Notes under the pieces: model-generated
Told to the model about the DNA's origin: nothing
The model's input: only the letters and a program-made list of their open reading frames with translations
The model's database searches: none
Source: Dehalococcoidia bacterium
GTDB taxonomy: Bacteria; Chloroflexota; Dehalococcoidia; UBA2979
Length of the DNA: 64,000 nt
NCBI GenBank assembly: GCA_964291495.2
Contig: OZ219871.1
Coordinates: forward strand, 96,001-160,000
Reading direction: 5' to 3'
Position numbers and translations under genes: made by a program
Part shown: positions 1 to 9,322 of the stretch, piece after piece
Position numbering within the stretch: the stretch's first letter is position 1
Layout: each line of letters opens with the position of its first letter

Positions 1-31
1 GGCTTGCCCGGAAGGCGGCGAGGAGGCAGCG

Positions 32-1183
32 ATGGCCGAGCAGGACGCGCCCCGGATCAGCGAGGGCCTGATCACCGAGGAGGCCCTCGATCGGCTGCGA
101 TCGCGCCTCGGCAGCTACAACCGGCCGAGCTTCTACGGCCTCGGCCCGCTGCACGAGGAGGCGACGCGCGACAACATCCGCCACTTCGTGCGCGGCATCG
201 GCGACCCGAACCCGCTATGGGTGGACGCCGAGTACGCGGCCTCGACGCGCTGGGGCGGGATCATCGCGCCGCCGACCTTCCTCTACAGCGTCTACTGGAC
301 CTCGGGCCGCACGGGCGGGCTGCCGGGCGTGCACGGCTTCCACGCGGGCAACGACTGGGTCTGGCACCGACCGATCATGCTTGGCGATCGAATCACGGTG
401 CAGGAGCAGTTCACCGGCCTCGACGAGCGGCAGGGCGAGTTCGCCGGCCGCACGATGATCCAGTCCAGCATCTCCACCTACCGCAACCAGCGAGGCGAGG
501 TGATCGCCGAGTGCAAGGGCTGGCAGTTCCGCGCCGAGCGCCGCGCCGCGCGCGAGCGCGGCAAGTACCAGCGCGAGCCGTACGCCTACAGCGAGGACGA
601 GCTCGTCGAGATCGAGGAGCAGATGCTCAACGAGGAGATCCGCGGCGCGACCCCTCGCTTCTGGGACGACGTCGAGATCGGCGACGAGGTGCCCGCCGTC
701 GTGAAGGGCCCGCTCAGCCTCGGCGACATCGCCGCCTTCGAGGCGGGTTGCATCGGCGGCATGGCGCACGTCTTCTCCGTCCGCGAGTCGCGCCGTCACC
801 CGGCGTTCTGGTACCGCGACCCGAACACGGGGGCGCTCGAGGCGGTGATCCGCGTGCACGCCGCCTCCGGGACCGCCGGCCAGGCGGGGCTCCCGATGGC
901 CTACGACTACGGCTCGCAGCGGATGTGCTGGCTCGGCCATCCGGTGACGAACTGGATGGGCAACGACGGCTTCATGACGCGCCTCTACGGCGAGGTCCGG
1001 CGCTTCAACTACCTCGGCGACACCACCTGGCTCAAGGGCCGGGTCAGCGGCAAGCAGATCGAGGGCTCGGACCACCTCGTGGACCTCGAGTTGTGGGCGG
1101 AGAACCAGATCGGCGAGACGACAGCGAAGGGCCGCGCGCAGGTCGCGCTGCCCACGCGCGCCCCCGGCTGGGAGGGCTTCTAA
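32..1183 (+). CDS. Double hotdog-fold (MaoC/FAS1-like) acyl-CoA dehydratase
   Basis: N-terminal IRHFVRGIGDPNPLW...WGGIIAPPTF and a second hotdog domain (FWDDVEIGDEVP...YDYGSQR...RRFNYLGDTTW); SD GAGGAGG upstream. Confidence 0.85.
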   Translation: MAEQDAPRISEGLITEEALDRLRSRLGSYNRPSFYGLGPLHEEATRDNIRHFVRGIGDPNPLWVDAEYAASTRWGGIIAPPTFLYSVYWTSGRTGGLPGVHGFHAGNDWVWHRPIMLGDRITVQEQFTGLDERQGEFAGRTMIQSSISTYRNQRGEVIAECKGWQFRAERRAARERGKYQREPYAYSEDELVEIEEQMLNEEIRGATPRFWDDVEIGDEVPAVVKGPLSLGDIAAFEAGCIGGMAHVFSVRESRRHPAFWYRDPNTGALEAVIRVHAASGTAGQAGLPMAYDYGSQRMCWLGHPVTNWMGNDGFMTRLYGEVRRFNYLGDTTWLKGRVSGKQIEGSDHLVDLELWAENQIGETTAKGRAQVALPTRAPGWEGF

Positions 1184-1202
1184 CCCTCCGCGACGCCTTC
1201 CA

Positions 1203-1412
1203 TGGGTCCCCGGGGGGTCCGGCCCCCTCTCCCCCTCGGAACCACCGGGGGCGCACCCAACTTCCAGGGGCGGTCCGGCCCCCTCTCCCCTGGCGGGAGA
1301 GGGTTGGGGGTGAGGGGGAGCGGGCGCAGCCCGCCACTCGGGGGCGCAACAACCTTCCGAGGGCGCTCGCGTGTCTGCCGAGCCTGGATTCCGGCTTTCG
1401 CCGGAATGACGG
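1203..1412. repeat. Intergenic repeat cluster 1 (BoxC-like hairpin with G tail, plus GTCATTCCGGC palindrome)
   Basis: ccctctccc-ctggc-gggagaggg-ttgggggtgaggggg at 1281-1318; ctggattccggctttcgccggaatgacgg at 1384-1412; both recur elsewhere in the window. Confidence 0.85.
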
Positions 1413-1495
1413 GAGGGCCGCGCGAGGGCGCATCGTCGGAGGGCAGGGACTACACTCGGCGCCACTGCCCCCGACGGGGACGAGAGGAGACAGGG

Positions 1496-2317
1496 ATGCG
1501 CGAATTCCAGGACAAGGTCGCCGTCGTCACCGGCGGCTCGGGCGGCATCGGCAGCGGGATCGCGCAGCGCCTGCTCGAGGCGGGGATGCGCGTCGCCCTC
1601 GCCGACATCGACGCCGACGGCCTCAAGGAGGCGGAGCAGGCGCTCGGCCAGTACGGCACGGTGATCGGCGTGCCGACGGACGTCACGAACCGCGACAGCG
1701 TCGAGGCGCTCGCGCGGCGCGTGATCGACGAGTTCGGTGCGGTGCACGTGCTCTGCAACAACGCCGGCCTCAACTCGCGCCCCGAGCCCGCGCTCTGGGA
1801 GCTGCCCCACGAGGAGTGGCAGGCGGTGGTCGGCGTGAACTTCTGGGGCGTGCTCAACGGCATGCACGTCTTCGTGCCGCTGATGATCGAGCAGGACAGC
1901 GAGGGGCACGTCGTCAACACGGCCTCGGCGGCCGGCCTCGGATCGAGGCCGGGGATCAGCACGTATGTCGCCACGAAGGCGGCCGTGGTCGCGCTCAGCG
2001 AGTCGCTGCACCACGAGCTGCAGCGGGCGGGCTCGAAACTGCGCGCCTCGGTGCTCTGCCCCGGCCGCATCCGCACCCCCGTGCAGATGGGCGGCTACCA
2101 GCGCCCGCGCCAGCCGCGCAGCGCCGACCAGCTCGACGACCAGGGCCGCCGCATGCTGCCCACCGAGGTCGGCGACCTCGTCGTCGCCGCGATCCGCGAG
2201 GAGCGCTTCTACATCCTCACCCACCCCGAGGCGATCAAGGAGCGGGTGCGCAGCCGCGCTGACGACCTGCTGCTCGACCGCCTCCCCACCTACTCGCCCT
2301 CGATCCGCTCCGACTAG
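1496..2317 (+). CDS. SDR family NAD(P)-dependent oxidoreductase
   Basis: TGGSGGIG, NNAG and YVATK motifs; start set at ATG 1496 after SD GAGGAG, because the upstream ORF extension is repeat-derived. Confidence 0.9.
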   Translation: MREFQDKVAVVTGGSGGIGSGIAQRLLEAGMRVALADIDADGLKEAEQALGQYGTVIGVPTDVTNRDSVEALARRVIDEFGAVHVLCNNAGLNSRPEPALWELPHEEWQAVVGVNFWGVLNGMHVFVPLMIEQDSEGHVVNTASAAGLGSRPGISTYVATKAAVVALSESLHHELQRAGSKLRASVLCPGRIRTPVQMGGYQRPRQPRSADQLDDQGRRMLPTEVGDLVVAAIREERFYILTHPEAIKERVRSRADDLLLDRLPTYSPSIRSD

Positions 2318-2331
2318 CCGAGGAGGCCGCC

Positions 2332-3261
2332 GTGGAGCACCCCACACCCGTCGCGATCGTCACCGGCGCCAGCCGCGGGATCGGCAAGGCCTGCGCGATC
2401 GCCCTCGCCGAGGCCGGCTACGACCTCGCCGTCGCCGCCCGCACGCTGGAGCCCGGCGAGCCGCAGGAGATGTCCGAGTCGGTGACGGGCTCCGACGTCC
2501 GCCCCGTCCCCGGCACGAGCCTCGCCGAGACCGTCGAGGAGATCGAGGCGATTGGTCGACGCGCGCTCGCCGTGCGCGTCGACCTGCTCGAGCAGGGCGA
2601 CATGGACGTCCTCGTGGAGCGCACGATCGAGGAGTTCGGCCGCATCGACGTGCTGGTCAACAACGCGCGCTGGGTGGGGCGCGGCTTCAAGGATCCGTTC
2701 CTGCTCACGCCCTACGAGGTCTTCGACCTCTCGCTGCGCGTGAACGCGCTCGCGCCGCTCTACCTGCTCACGAGGGTCGTCCCCGTCATGGTCGAGCAGG
2801 GCGGCGGGGTCGTCGTCCACATCAGCTCCCGCAACGGCATCGTCGAGTCCTCGAAGATGCCGTCGAGCGATTGGACGGGGCGGCCGGGGCTCTCGTACGC
2901 GGTCAGCAAGGCGGCCTTCAACCGCATTGCCCCGGGCCTCGCCAAGGAGGTCGCCGAGCACAACGTCGCGATCGTCAACCTCGAGCCGGGCGACGTGGGC
3001 GTGGAGCGCAAGGCGGTCCAGCGCGGCGATGCCTTCGACCCGGCGAACCACGACTCGGCGCTCGCGGCCGGGCGCAGCTGCGCCCACATCGCGAGCTCGC
3101 CGCACCCGATGTACTACTCCGGCCTCACGGTCTTCGCGCCCGAGTTCGCCGTCGAACGCGGGCTGATCGAGCTCGACGACATGGCAGCCGGCCGGCCGGA
3201 GCGCTGGGGCCAGCCCGGCCGCGTGATGGCGACGTACAGCGGCCTCGTGGAGACGATTTAG
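2332..3261 (+). CDS. SDR family oxidoreductase
   Basis: TGASRGIG, NNA and YAVSK motifs; GTG start after GAGGAGG. Confidence 0.9.
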   Translation: MEHPTPVAIVTGASRGIGKACAIALAEAGYDLAVAARTLEPGEPQEMSESVTGSDVRPVPGTSLAETVEEIEAIGRRALAVRVDLLEQGDMDVLVERTIEEFGRIDVLVNNARWVGRGFKDPFLLTPYEVFDLSLRVNALAPLYLLTRVVPVMVEQGGGVVVHISSRNGIVESSKMPSSDWTGRPGLSYAVSKAAFNRIAPGLAKEVAEHNVAIVNLEPGDVGVERKAVQRGDAFDPANHDSALAAGRSCAHIASSPHPMYYSGLTVFAPEFAVERGLIELDDMAAGRPERWGQPGRVMATYSGLVETI

Positions 3262-3263
3262 CC

Positions 3264-3857
3264 ATGAAACCAATCGAGGACGCGGGCGAGTTGTTCCGGC
3301 GCCAGCGCGCCGTCCGCGCCTGGTCCGACCGCGAGGTCGACGACGAGACCGTGCGCGCGGTGTTGCAGGCCGCGATCCACGCGCCCTCCGGCTCCAACAC
3401 GCAGCCGTGGAGCTTCATCGTCGTGCGGGACCCGGAGCAGAAGGCGCGAATCCGCGAGGTCTACGACCGCGCGCGCGAGGACATCTACCGCATCGCGCAG
3501 GTCGCGCAGGTCTCGCCCAACGACGAGCGCATGCCGCTCGACGCCGCCCCGGTGCTGATCGTCGCCTGCGTCTCGACTCCACCGTCGGGGCAGGCCGGGT
3601 TCCAGACGGGGGCCTCGATCTACCCGGCCTGCCAGAACCTGATGCTCGCCGCGCGCGCGCTCGGCCTCGGGACCGTGCTGACCACCCTGCACCGCCGCCG
3701 CAAGGAGGAGATGCACGAGGTGCTCGACATCCCCGAGGGCATCGAGAGCGCCGCGATCATCCCGCTCGGCTGGCCGACCCGTGACTACGGCCCGAACCGC
3801 CGCGCCCCCCTCGACGAGGTCGTGATGCACGAGCGCTGGACCGCCTCGGAGGACTAG
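3264..3857 (+). CDS. Nitroreductase family protein
   Basis: RQRAVRAW, APSGSNTQPWSFIVV and QNLMLAARALGLG motifs; ATG at 3264. Confidence 0.9.
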   Translation: MKPIEDAGELFRRQRAVRAWSDREVDDETVRAVLQAAIHAPSGSNTQPWSFIVVRDPEQKARIREVYDRAREDIYRIAQVAQVSPNDERMPLDAAPVLIVACVSTPPSGQAGFQTGASIYPACQNLMLAARALGLGTVLTTLHRRRKEEMHEVLDIPEGIESAAIIPLGWPTRDYGPNRRAPLDEVVMHERWTASED

Positions 3858-4081
3858 GGGGCGGCGTCCTTCGGGTCGGCCGCGTCGACCCAGAAGCGCT
3901 GGCCGCAGCCGCGCGCGCAGATCAGCATCGAGCCCTGGCCCTGCGGATCCTGCATCGTGACGAGCGCGCCCTCGTCGCAGGTCGGGCAGACCAGATACGG
4001 GTTCCCGAACCAGCCGACCTCGATGCGCTCTGGCATCTCCCGGAGGTAGACGATCGGCGTCTGGACGTGTTCACCGGTCAT
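3854..4081 (-). CDS. Small putative Zn-ribbon protein
   Basis: CPTC...CARGC pairs; fills the gap between flanking genes; shares a CTAG stop overlap with the nitroreductase. Confidence 0.55.
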   Translation of the reverse strand: MTGEHVQTPIVYLREMPERIEVGWFGNPYLVCPTCDEGALVTMQDPQGQGSMLICARGCGQRFWVDAADPKDAAP

Positions 4082-4206
4082 GCGCGCGCCCCGCGCGCAC
4101 ACTGGCCCGCAGCCCGCGGCCTCGTCAAGACGGCGCTCCGCTATCATCCGCTGCGCCTCGGCACACCGCCGGGCTGCGAGACGGGTTGCACGAAACGGAG
4201 AGAGCG

Positions 4207-5079
4207 ATGGCCGACGGACGCTTTGTCACCTACGAGACGCTGCACGAGGGCCGCATCGCCCGCATCTGGCTCAACCGCCCCGATGCGCGCAACGCGCAGA
4301 ACTACGGCCTGCTCGGCGAGCTGGACGAGGCGTTCCTGCGCGCCGAGGCGGACGACGACGTGCGCGTCGTGATCCTCGGCGGGCTTGGCCCGGCCTTCTC
4401 GGCCGGGCACGACCTCGGAACTCCGGAGCGCCTCGCCGAGAACGAGGCGATGCTCGCGGCCACGGACCGCCGAGGCACGGAGGAGCGCTGGCTGCGCGAC
4501 TTCCGGCACTACTTCGAGAACACGCGCCGCTGGCGCGACCTGCGCAAGATCACGATCGCCCAGGTGCACGGCTACTGCATCTCCGCCGGGCTGATGCTCG
4601 CCTGGTGCTGCGACCTGATCTGCGCCTCGGACGACGCGGTGTTCGCGGACCTCGTCGGGACGCGGCTCGGGGTGTGCGGCCCCGGGTACTTCGCGCACCC
4701 CTGGGAGCTGGGACCGCGCAAGGCAAAGGAGCTGCTGCTGACCGGCGACTCGATCGACGCGAACGAGGCCTACCGGCTCGGCATGGTGAACAAGGTCTTC
4801 GCGCGCGACGTGCTGGAGGAGGAGACGCTGAACCTCGCCACGCGCATCGCCGAGGTGCCCTCGTTCGCCGCGCTGCTGATCAAGGAGTCGGTCAATCAGA
4901 CACAGGACGCGCAGGGTTTCTACACCGCGCTCAAGGCCTGCTTCAGCATCCACGAGGCGAACCACGCCCACTGGGCCGAGGTCACGAAGGGCGCCGCCGC
5001 GATTGGCACGCCCGAGTTCGGCGTCAGCGGCGAGCGCCGCCCGATCCGTCAGGCCGAGCGCAGCAGCAGCGGGCTGTAG
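4207..5079 (+). CDS. Enoyl-CoA hydratase/crotonase family protein
   Basis: LNRPDARNAQ, FSAGHDL and IAQVHGYCISAGLMLAWCCDLI motifs. Confidence 0.9.
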   Translation: MADGRFVTYETLHEGRIARIWLNRPDARNAQNYGLLGELDEAFLRAEADDDVRVVILGGLGPAFSAGHDLGTPERLAENEAMLAATDRRGTEERWLRDFRHYFENTRRWRDLRKITIAQVHGYCISAGLMLAWCCDLICASDDAVFADLVGTRLGVCGPGYFAHPWELGPRKAKELLLTGDSIDANEAYRLGMVNKVFARDVLEEETLNLATRIAEVPSFAALLIKESVNQTQDAQGFYTALKACFSIHEANHAHWAEVTKGAAAIGTPEFGVSGERRPIRQAERSSSGL

Positions 5080-5081
5080 GT

Positions 5082-7175
5082 CTGGCCGCCACGCGCGCCG
5101 GAGACGCCCGCGAGGGACGCCCGTCCGTCCTGATCGCCGGGCGCACGCCCGCCCTCGAGTGGGCGGCGCTGCACCTCCGCCGCGCCGGCTTCGAGCCGCG
5201 CCCGCTGGAGCGCGGCGACAGCCCGCCGCCGGCCGCCGCCCTGCTCGCCGACCTCGACGACGAGGCATGGCGCGGACGCGACCATGAGGCGGCCCGCGCC
5301 GCCGAGGCTGCGGGCTGCCCGCTGGTCCTGCTCTCCTCGTTCGGCCGCCAGCCGGGCGCGCGCACAGGCAGCGACCTGACGGTCTCCGCCGCCGCTGGCT
5401 TGCTGCATGTGACGGGAACGCCCTCGGACCCGGATCAGCGGCCTGCCGTGCTCTCGCCGCACCAGGCCGACGCGCTCGCCGGCTCGTTCGCGGCGCTCTG
5501 GATCGGCGCGCTGGCGCTCAGCGGGGCGACGTCCGGGGTAACGGAGCTGACGAAGCTGGAGTGTCTCGCGATCGCGACGTCGTGGGCGGCGGTCCAGTGG
5601 CTCTACACGGGCGAGGCGCCCTCGAGGCTCGGCGTCTCCGTCTACCAGCCGTCGGGGGTCTTCGAGGCGAAGGACGGCCCCGTCTACACGATCATCGTGC
5701 GGGACGAGCAGTGGGCGCGCCTGCGGCAGGCGATGGGCGACCCGGAGTGGGCGAGCTGGGAGATCTTCGGTAGCCAGCGGGGCCGCCTCGACGGCGTCGA
5801 GCTGCTGGCCCCGCGCATCGCCGCCTGGCTGGCGCAACACACGCGCGAGGAGATCCTCGAGCTTTCGCTGCGCCATCGGCTGCCGTTCGCGCTCGCCAAC
5901 CGCCCCGACCAGGCCGCCGCGCTGCAGGAGCAACTCGACGGCGAGCCGGACCACGCCCGGTGGCTCTACCGCACCACCCCGGGGCCGGAGAGTGACGCGC
6001 CCACGCGCGAGGCCGCCGAGGCGCGCGCCGCCCGCACAGCTCGCGATCCGCAACGCCCGCTCGCGGGCATGCTCGTGATCGACGTCAGCTCGGTCTGGGC
6101 CACGCCCTACGTGGGGCAGCTGCTCGGCCAGCTCGGCGCACGCGTGATCAAGATCGAGTCGCGACGCCGCCTCGACGACGTGCGGCCGATCATGACCTAC
6201 TTCGACCCGCACGCCGAGGGCGAGGCCGACTGGGACCGCTCCGGCGGCTTCCGCGAGGTCAACCGCGGCAAGGAGAGCGTGCTGCTCGACCTCACGACCG
6301 CCGAGGGCCGCGCGCTGCTCCACAGGCTGGTCGCGCGGGCGGACGTGCTGCTCTCCAACCTCACGCCCGGCGCGGAGCGCGCACGCCGCCTCGGGCTGCA
6401 CGAGGACCAGCTGTGGGCTGCAAATCCCGGCCTCGTCATCGGTCGGCTCTCCGCGTACCAGCCCGGTAGTCACCTCGAGGGCATGACGGGCTACGGCTAC
6501 GGGATGCTCCTGATGTGTGGCTTTGGCTACGCCGGCCCGGACCGGCCCTGGAGCGACCGCAGCATCGCCTACCCGGATCCGCTCTGCGCCACCGCGCTCA
6601 CGCTCGGCCTGCTGCGCGCCCTTGAGGAGCGCGACCGCAGCGGGCGGGGCGCGCTCGTCGAGTCGACGCTGTTCGGCGTCTCGGCGGCGCTGATGCGCGA
6701 GTTCGGCGCGGAGCGCGCGACGGAGGCCGCCTACGAGGGCTGCCTGCCCTGCCAGCACGAGGAGTGGATCGCCGTCACCTGCCGGGACGCCGCCGACCTC
6801 GCCGCGGTCGCAGAGGTGCTGCACGTCGCCCTCGACGACGGCGACGCCGAGCCGGCGCTGGCCGAGGGCTCGCGGGTCTGTGACGGGCAGTCGCTGCAGG
6901 TGGCGCTGCGCCAGCGCGGCGTGATCGCGGAGCGCGTGCTCGACATGAGCGAGGTTGTGCGCTCGGGCGAGCTGACCGCCCGCGGCCAGCTGCACATCCC
7001 CGAGGGCGAGACACACCTCCACTTCGCCTCGCCGTGGGTGCATGACGGCGAGCGCATCGACGTGCGCGGTCGCGCACCCTGGCTCGGCGAGCACACCGCC
7101 TCGGTCTTTGCCGAGCTGCTCGCTATCGACGCCGAGAGGTTGCGTGACCTCGAGGCGCGGCAGGTGTCCTGGTAG
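5082..7175 (+). CDS. Two-domain family III (CaiB/BaiF) CoA-transferase; start uncertain, probably CTG
   Basis: PLAGMLVIDVS, LGARVIKIES, NRGKESVLLDL and APWLGEHT motifs; degenerate N-terminal copy; no in-frame ATG/GTG near the expected start. Confidence 0.8.
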   Translation: MAATRAGDAREGRPSVLIAGRTPALEWAALHLRRAGFEPRPLERGDSPPPAAALLADLDDEAWRGRDHEAARAAEAAGCPLVLLSSFGRQPGARTGSDLTVSAAAGLLHVTGTPSDPDQRPAVLSPHQADALAGSFAALWIGALALSGATSGVTELTKLECLAIATSWAAVQWLYTGEAPSRLGVSVYQPSGVFEAKDGPVYTIIVRDEQWARLRQAMGDPEWASWEIFGSQRGRLDGVELLAPRIAAWLAQHTREEILELSLRHRLPFALANRPDQAAALQEQLDGEPDHARWLYRTTPGPESDAPTREAAEARAARTARDPQRPLAGMLVIDVSSVWATPYVGQLLGQLGARVIKIESRRRLDDVRPIMTYFDPHAEGEADWDRSGGFREVNRGKESVLLDLTTAEGRALLHRLVARADVLLSNLTPGAERARRLGLHEDQLWAANPGLVIGRLSAYQPGSHLEGMTGYGYGMLLMCGFGYAGPDRPWSDRSIAYPDPLCATALTLGLLRALEERDRSGRGALVESTLFGVSAALMREFGAERATEAAYEGCLPCQHEEWIAVTCRDAADLAAVAEVLHVALDDGDAEPALAEGSRVCDGQSLQVALRQRGVIAERVLDMSEVVRSGELTARGQLHIPEGETHLHFASPWVHDGERIDVRGRAPWLGEHTASVFAELLAIDAERLRDLEARQVSW

Positions 7176-7202
7176 CGGACCGCGTCCATCGACGCGCGCC
7201 GG

Positions 7203-8171
7203 TCACTCGTTCAGTTCGAGGGTTTCCATCAGCTCGCGCCACTCGCGCGCGGAGATCCCTGATTCCTTGCGCAGCGCATCCGCCTCGGCGCGGCGACCCG
7301 CGACCAGTGCACGCACGACCGACAGCGCGCCGGCCGAGAGGTTCCCGCTGTTCATCCGGTAGTCACTAAACGCCTCGTAGACGAGCGGCACCCAGGCCTT
7401 CACGACGCGATCGAGGATCGCGTCCGCGTAGACGCGGATCTCGTACTGGGCGTGGTCGTCCGCCCGCAGGGACAGGAAGTGCAGCAGGTTGTGCAGGTCG
7501 ATCTTCCAGTACCACTGCGTGTAGAAGTTGAGCGAGAGGTTCATCCGGGCGAGTTCGCGCGCGAGGCCACTCTGCTCCTCGTCGGGCGACTCTCCGGCCG
7601 GCGACTCGTTCAGTAGCTCCTCGTAGTGTCGGTAGGCGCGTTCGGCGTCCTCGCGCAGCAGCTCCTGCACGCGCGAGGCCTCAGCCGGGGAGAGTTGCTC
7701 GCCGCGGCCCTGCCGGTTGGTTCGGGATTGCGCCCGCAGGACCTCGGCGTCCGGCACGTAGAACTCACGATCGAGGATCGAGTAGCGGGCGGAGTACTCG
7801 TTGACGTTGGCCGTGCGGTGCCGGATCCACTGTCGCGCGACGAAGATCGGGAGCTTGACGTGCAGCTTGATCTCGCACATCTCGAAGGGAGTCGTGTGGC
7901 GGTGCCGCATGAGGTAGCGGATGAGCCCTCGATCATCCGACAAGCGTCGCGTGCCTCGTCCGTACGAGACGCGCGCCGCCTGCACGATGGCGCCGTCGTC
8001 GCCCATGTAGTCGACGACGCGTACGAACCCGTGATCGAGAATCTGCACGGGCGTGTACAACAGGTCTTCGAGGGCGGGGACAGTGGCACGCTTCGTGTCG
8101 TACCGCTGCGCCCGCAGAGCCTCCAGCTCGGCTCGCTGCTCTGGCGTCATGAAGTCGGTCGTGGCGCCCAC
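7203..8171 (-). CDS. thyX: FAD-dependent thymidylate synthase ThyX
   Basis: AARVSY, HTTPFE and [18 protein letters not shown] (RHR-x7-S motif), HAQYEIR; alternative start ATG 8150. Confidence 0.95.
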   Translation of the reverse strand: MGATTDFMTPEQRAELEALRAQRYDTKRATVPALEDLLYTPVQILDHGFVRVVDYMGDDGAIVQAARVSYGRGTRRLSDDRGLIRYLMRHRHTTPFEMCEIKLHVKLPIFVARQWIRHRTANVNEYSARYSILDREFYVPDAEVLRAQSRTNRQGRGEQLSPAEASRVQELLREDAERAYRHYEELLNESPAGESPDEEQSGLARELARMNLSLNFYTQWYWKIDLHNLLHFLSLRADDHAQYEIRVYADAILDRVVKAWVPLVYEAFSDYRMNSGNLSAGALSVVRALVAGRRAEADALRKESGISAREWRELMETLELNE

Positions 8172-8372
8172 CTCTGCACGCTACGCCTCGTAGTGGCGCC
8201 TCCACGCATCGCGGTCGGGGCTCGAGCCCGGGCGTATCCTACACCGCCTCCCCGACCCGGCCCGCGACCACGTCGCGACCCCACGCGTGGTTGGACGGAC
8301 CTTTCGAGGAGTCTCGGAAGCCACGAGCCGGCGGCGACTCCCCGGATGCATCTATAACCAGCGCCCGGCTGG

Positions 8373-8385
8373 CCTTACGCTGACG
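8373..8385 (+). promoter_or_regulatory. Candidate operator CCTTACGCTGACG downstream of a TATAAC -10-like hexamer (8353-8358)
   Basis: Matches 10934-10946 (reverse strand) at 12 of 13 positions. Confidence 0.3.
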
Positions 8386-8438
8386 TTATCCGCGGTCTGC
8401 GAGGCTGCCGCGCGATCGGCGCCCGCGCGGGCAGGAGG

Positions 8439-9299
8439 ATGATGATGCTCGGTCGGCCCCGCCTCGTTCTCGCAGCGGTCCTCGCGGTGATCGTGGTCGC
8501 CGTCGTGGCCGTCGGCGGCTGGTACTTCTTCCTGCGCGACGACGCCCCGCCGCCCGTAACCCTCGAGAGCGCCGTCGCCACCACGCGCGAGACGCCGACC
8601 GCGACCGCCACCGCCGCGCCCTCGACTCCGACTCCCTCACCGACCCCGACAGCGACCGCCGCCCGCTCCACGCCCGCCACCGCGACCGCCACGCCGACAC
8701 CGACCGCGACCCCCACGCCCACGCCCACGCCCGAGCCGACCTCCGAGGCCGCCCCGGCGCGCCCCGAGGGCGAGTTGACCGGCGTCTGGACGCTCTCCGA
8801 GCGGGGCGAGTCCTTCGCCGGGTTCCGCGTCCGCGAGGAACTCGTTGGCATCGGCGCGTTCACCGCCGTCGGCCGCACATCGGCGGTCACCGCCTCGCTC
8901 GAGTTCGACGGCAGCACGATCACCGCCGTCAGCGTCGAGGTCGACATGACGCAGCTCACGACCGACGACTCGCGGCGCGACCGCGCCCTGCGCGGCCGGG
9001 GGATCGAGACGAACAGCTTCCCAACCTCGACGTTCGTCCTCGCCGAGCCGATCGCGATCGACGCCGTGCCCGCCGAGGGTGAGACGCTCTCGGTCACGGC
9101 GGTCGGCGACTTCACGCTGCACGGCGTGACCCGCCGCGTCGAGATCCCGCTCGAGGGCCAGCTCACGGACGGGCTGGTCGTCGTGGTCGGCTCGCTCGAG
9201 ATCGAGTTCGACGACTACGACATCGAAGCGCCGACCGCTCCGATCGTCGTGTCCGTGGAGGACCGCGGCATCATGGAGTTCCAGCTGGTCTTCGAGTAG
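8439..9299 (+). CDS. Membrane-anchored YceI family lipid/polyisoprenoid-binding protein
   Basis: N-terminal TM, Thr/Pro linker, SFAGFRVREEL, RRDRALR and GDFTLHGVT motifs. Confidence 0.9.
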   Translation: MMMLGRPRLVLAAVLAVIVVAVVAVGGWYFFLRDDAPPPVTLESAVATTRETPTATATAAPSTPTPSPTPTATAARSTPATATATPTPTATPTPTPTPEPTSEAAPARPEGELTGVWTLSERGESFAGFRVREELVGIGAFTAVGRTSAVTASLEFDGSTITAVSVEVDMTQLTTDDSRRDRALRGRGIETNSFPTSTFVLAEPIAIDAVPAEGETLSVTAVGDFTLHGVTRRVEIPLEGQLTDGLVVVVGSLEIEFDDYDIEAPTAPIVVSVEDRGIMEFQLVFE

Positions 9300-9322
9300 C
9301 CGAGGCGCGTCGGACCTCGAAC

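Noticed and set aside
8580-8740. Thr/Pro repeats in YceI (also about 16600-16740)
   Set aside because: Ordinary low-complexity linkers of surface proteins
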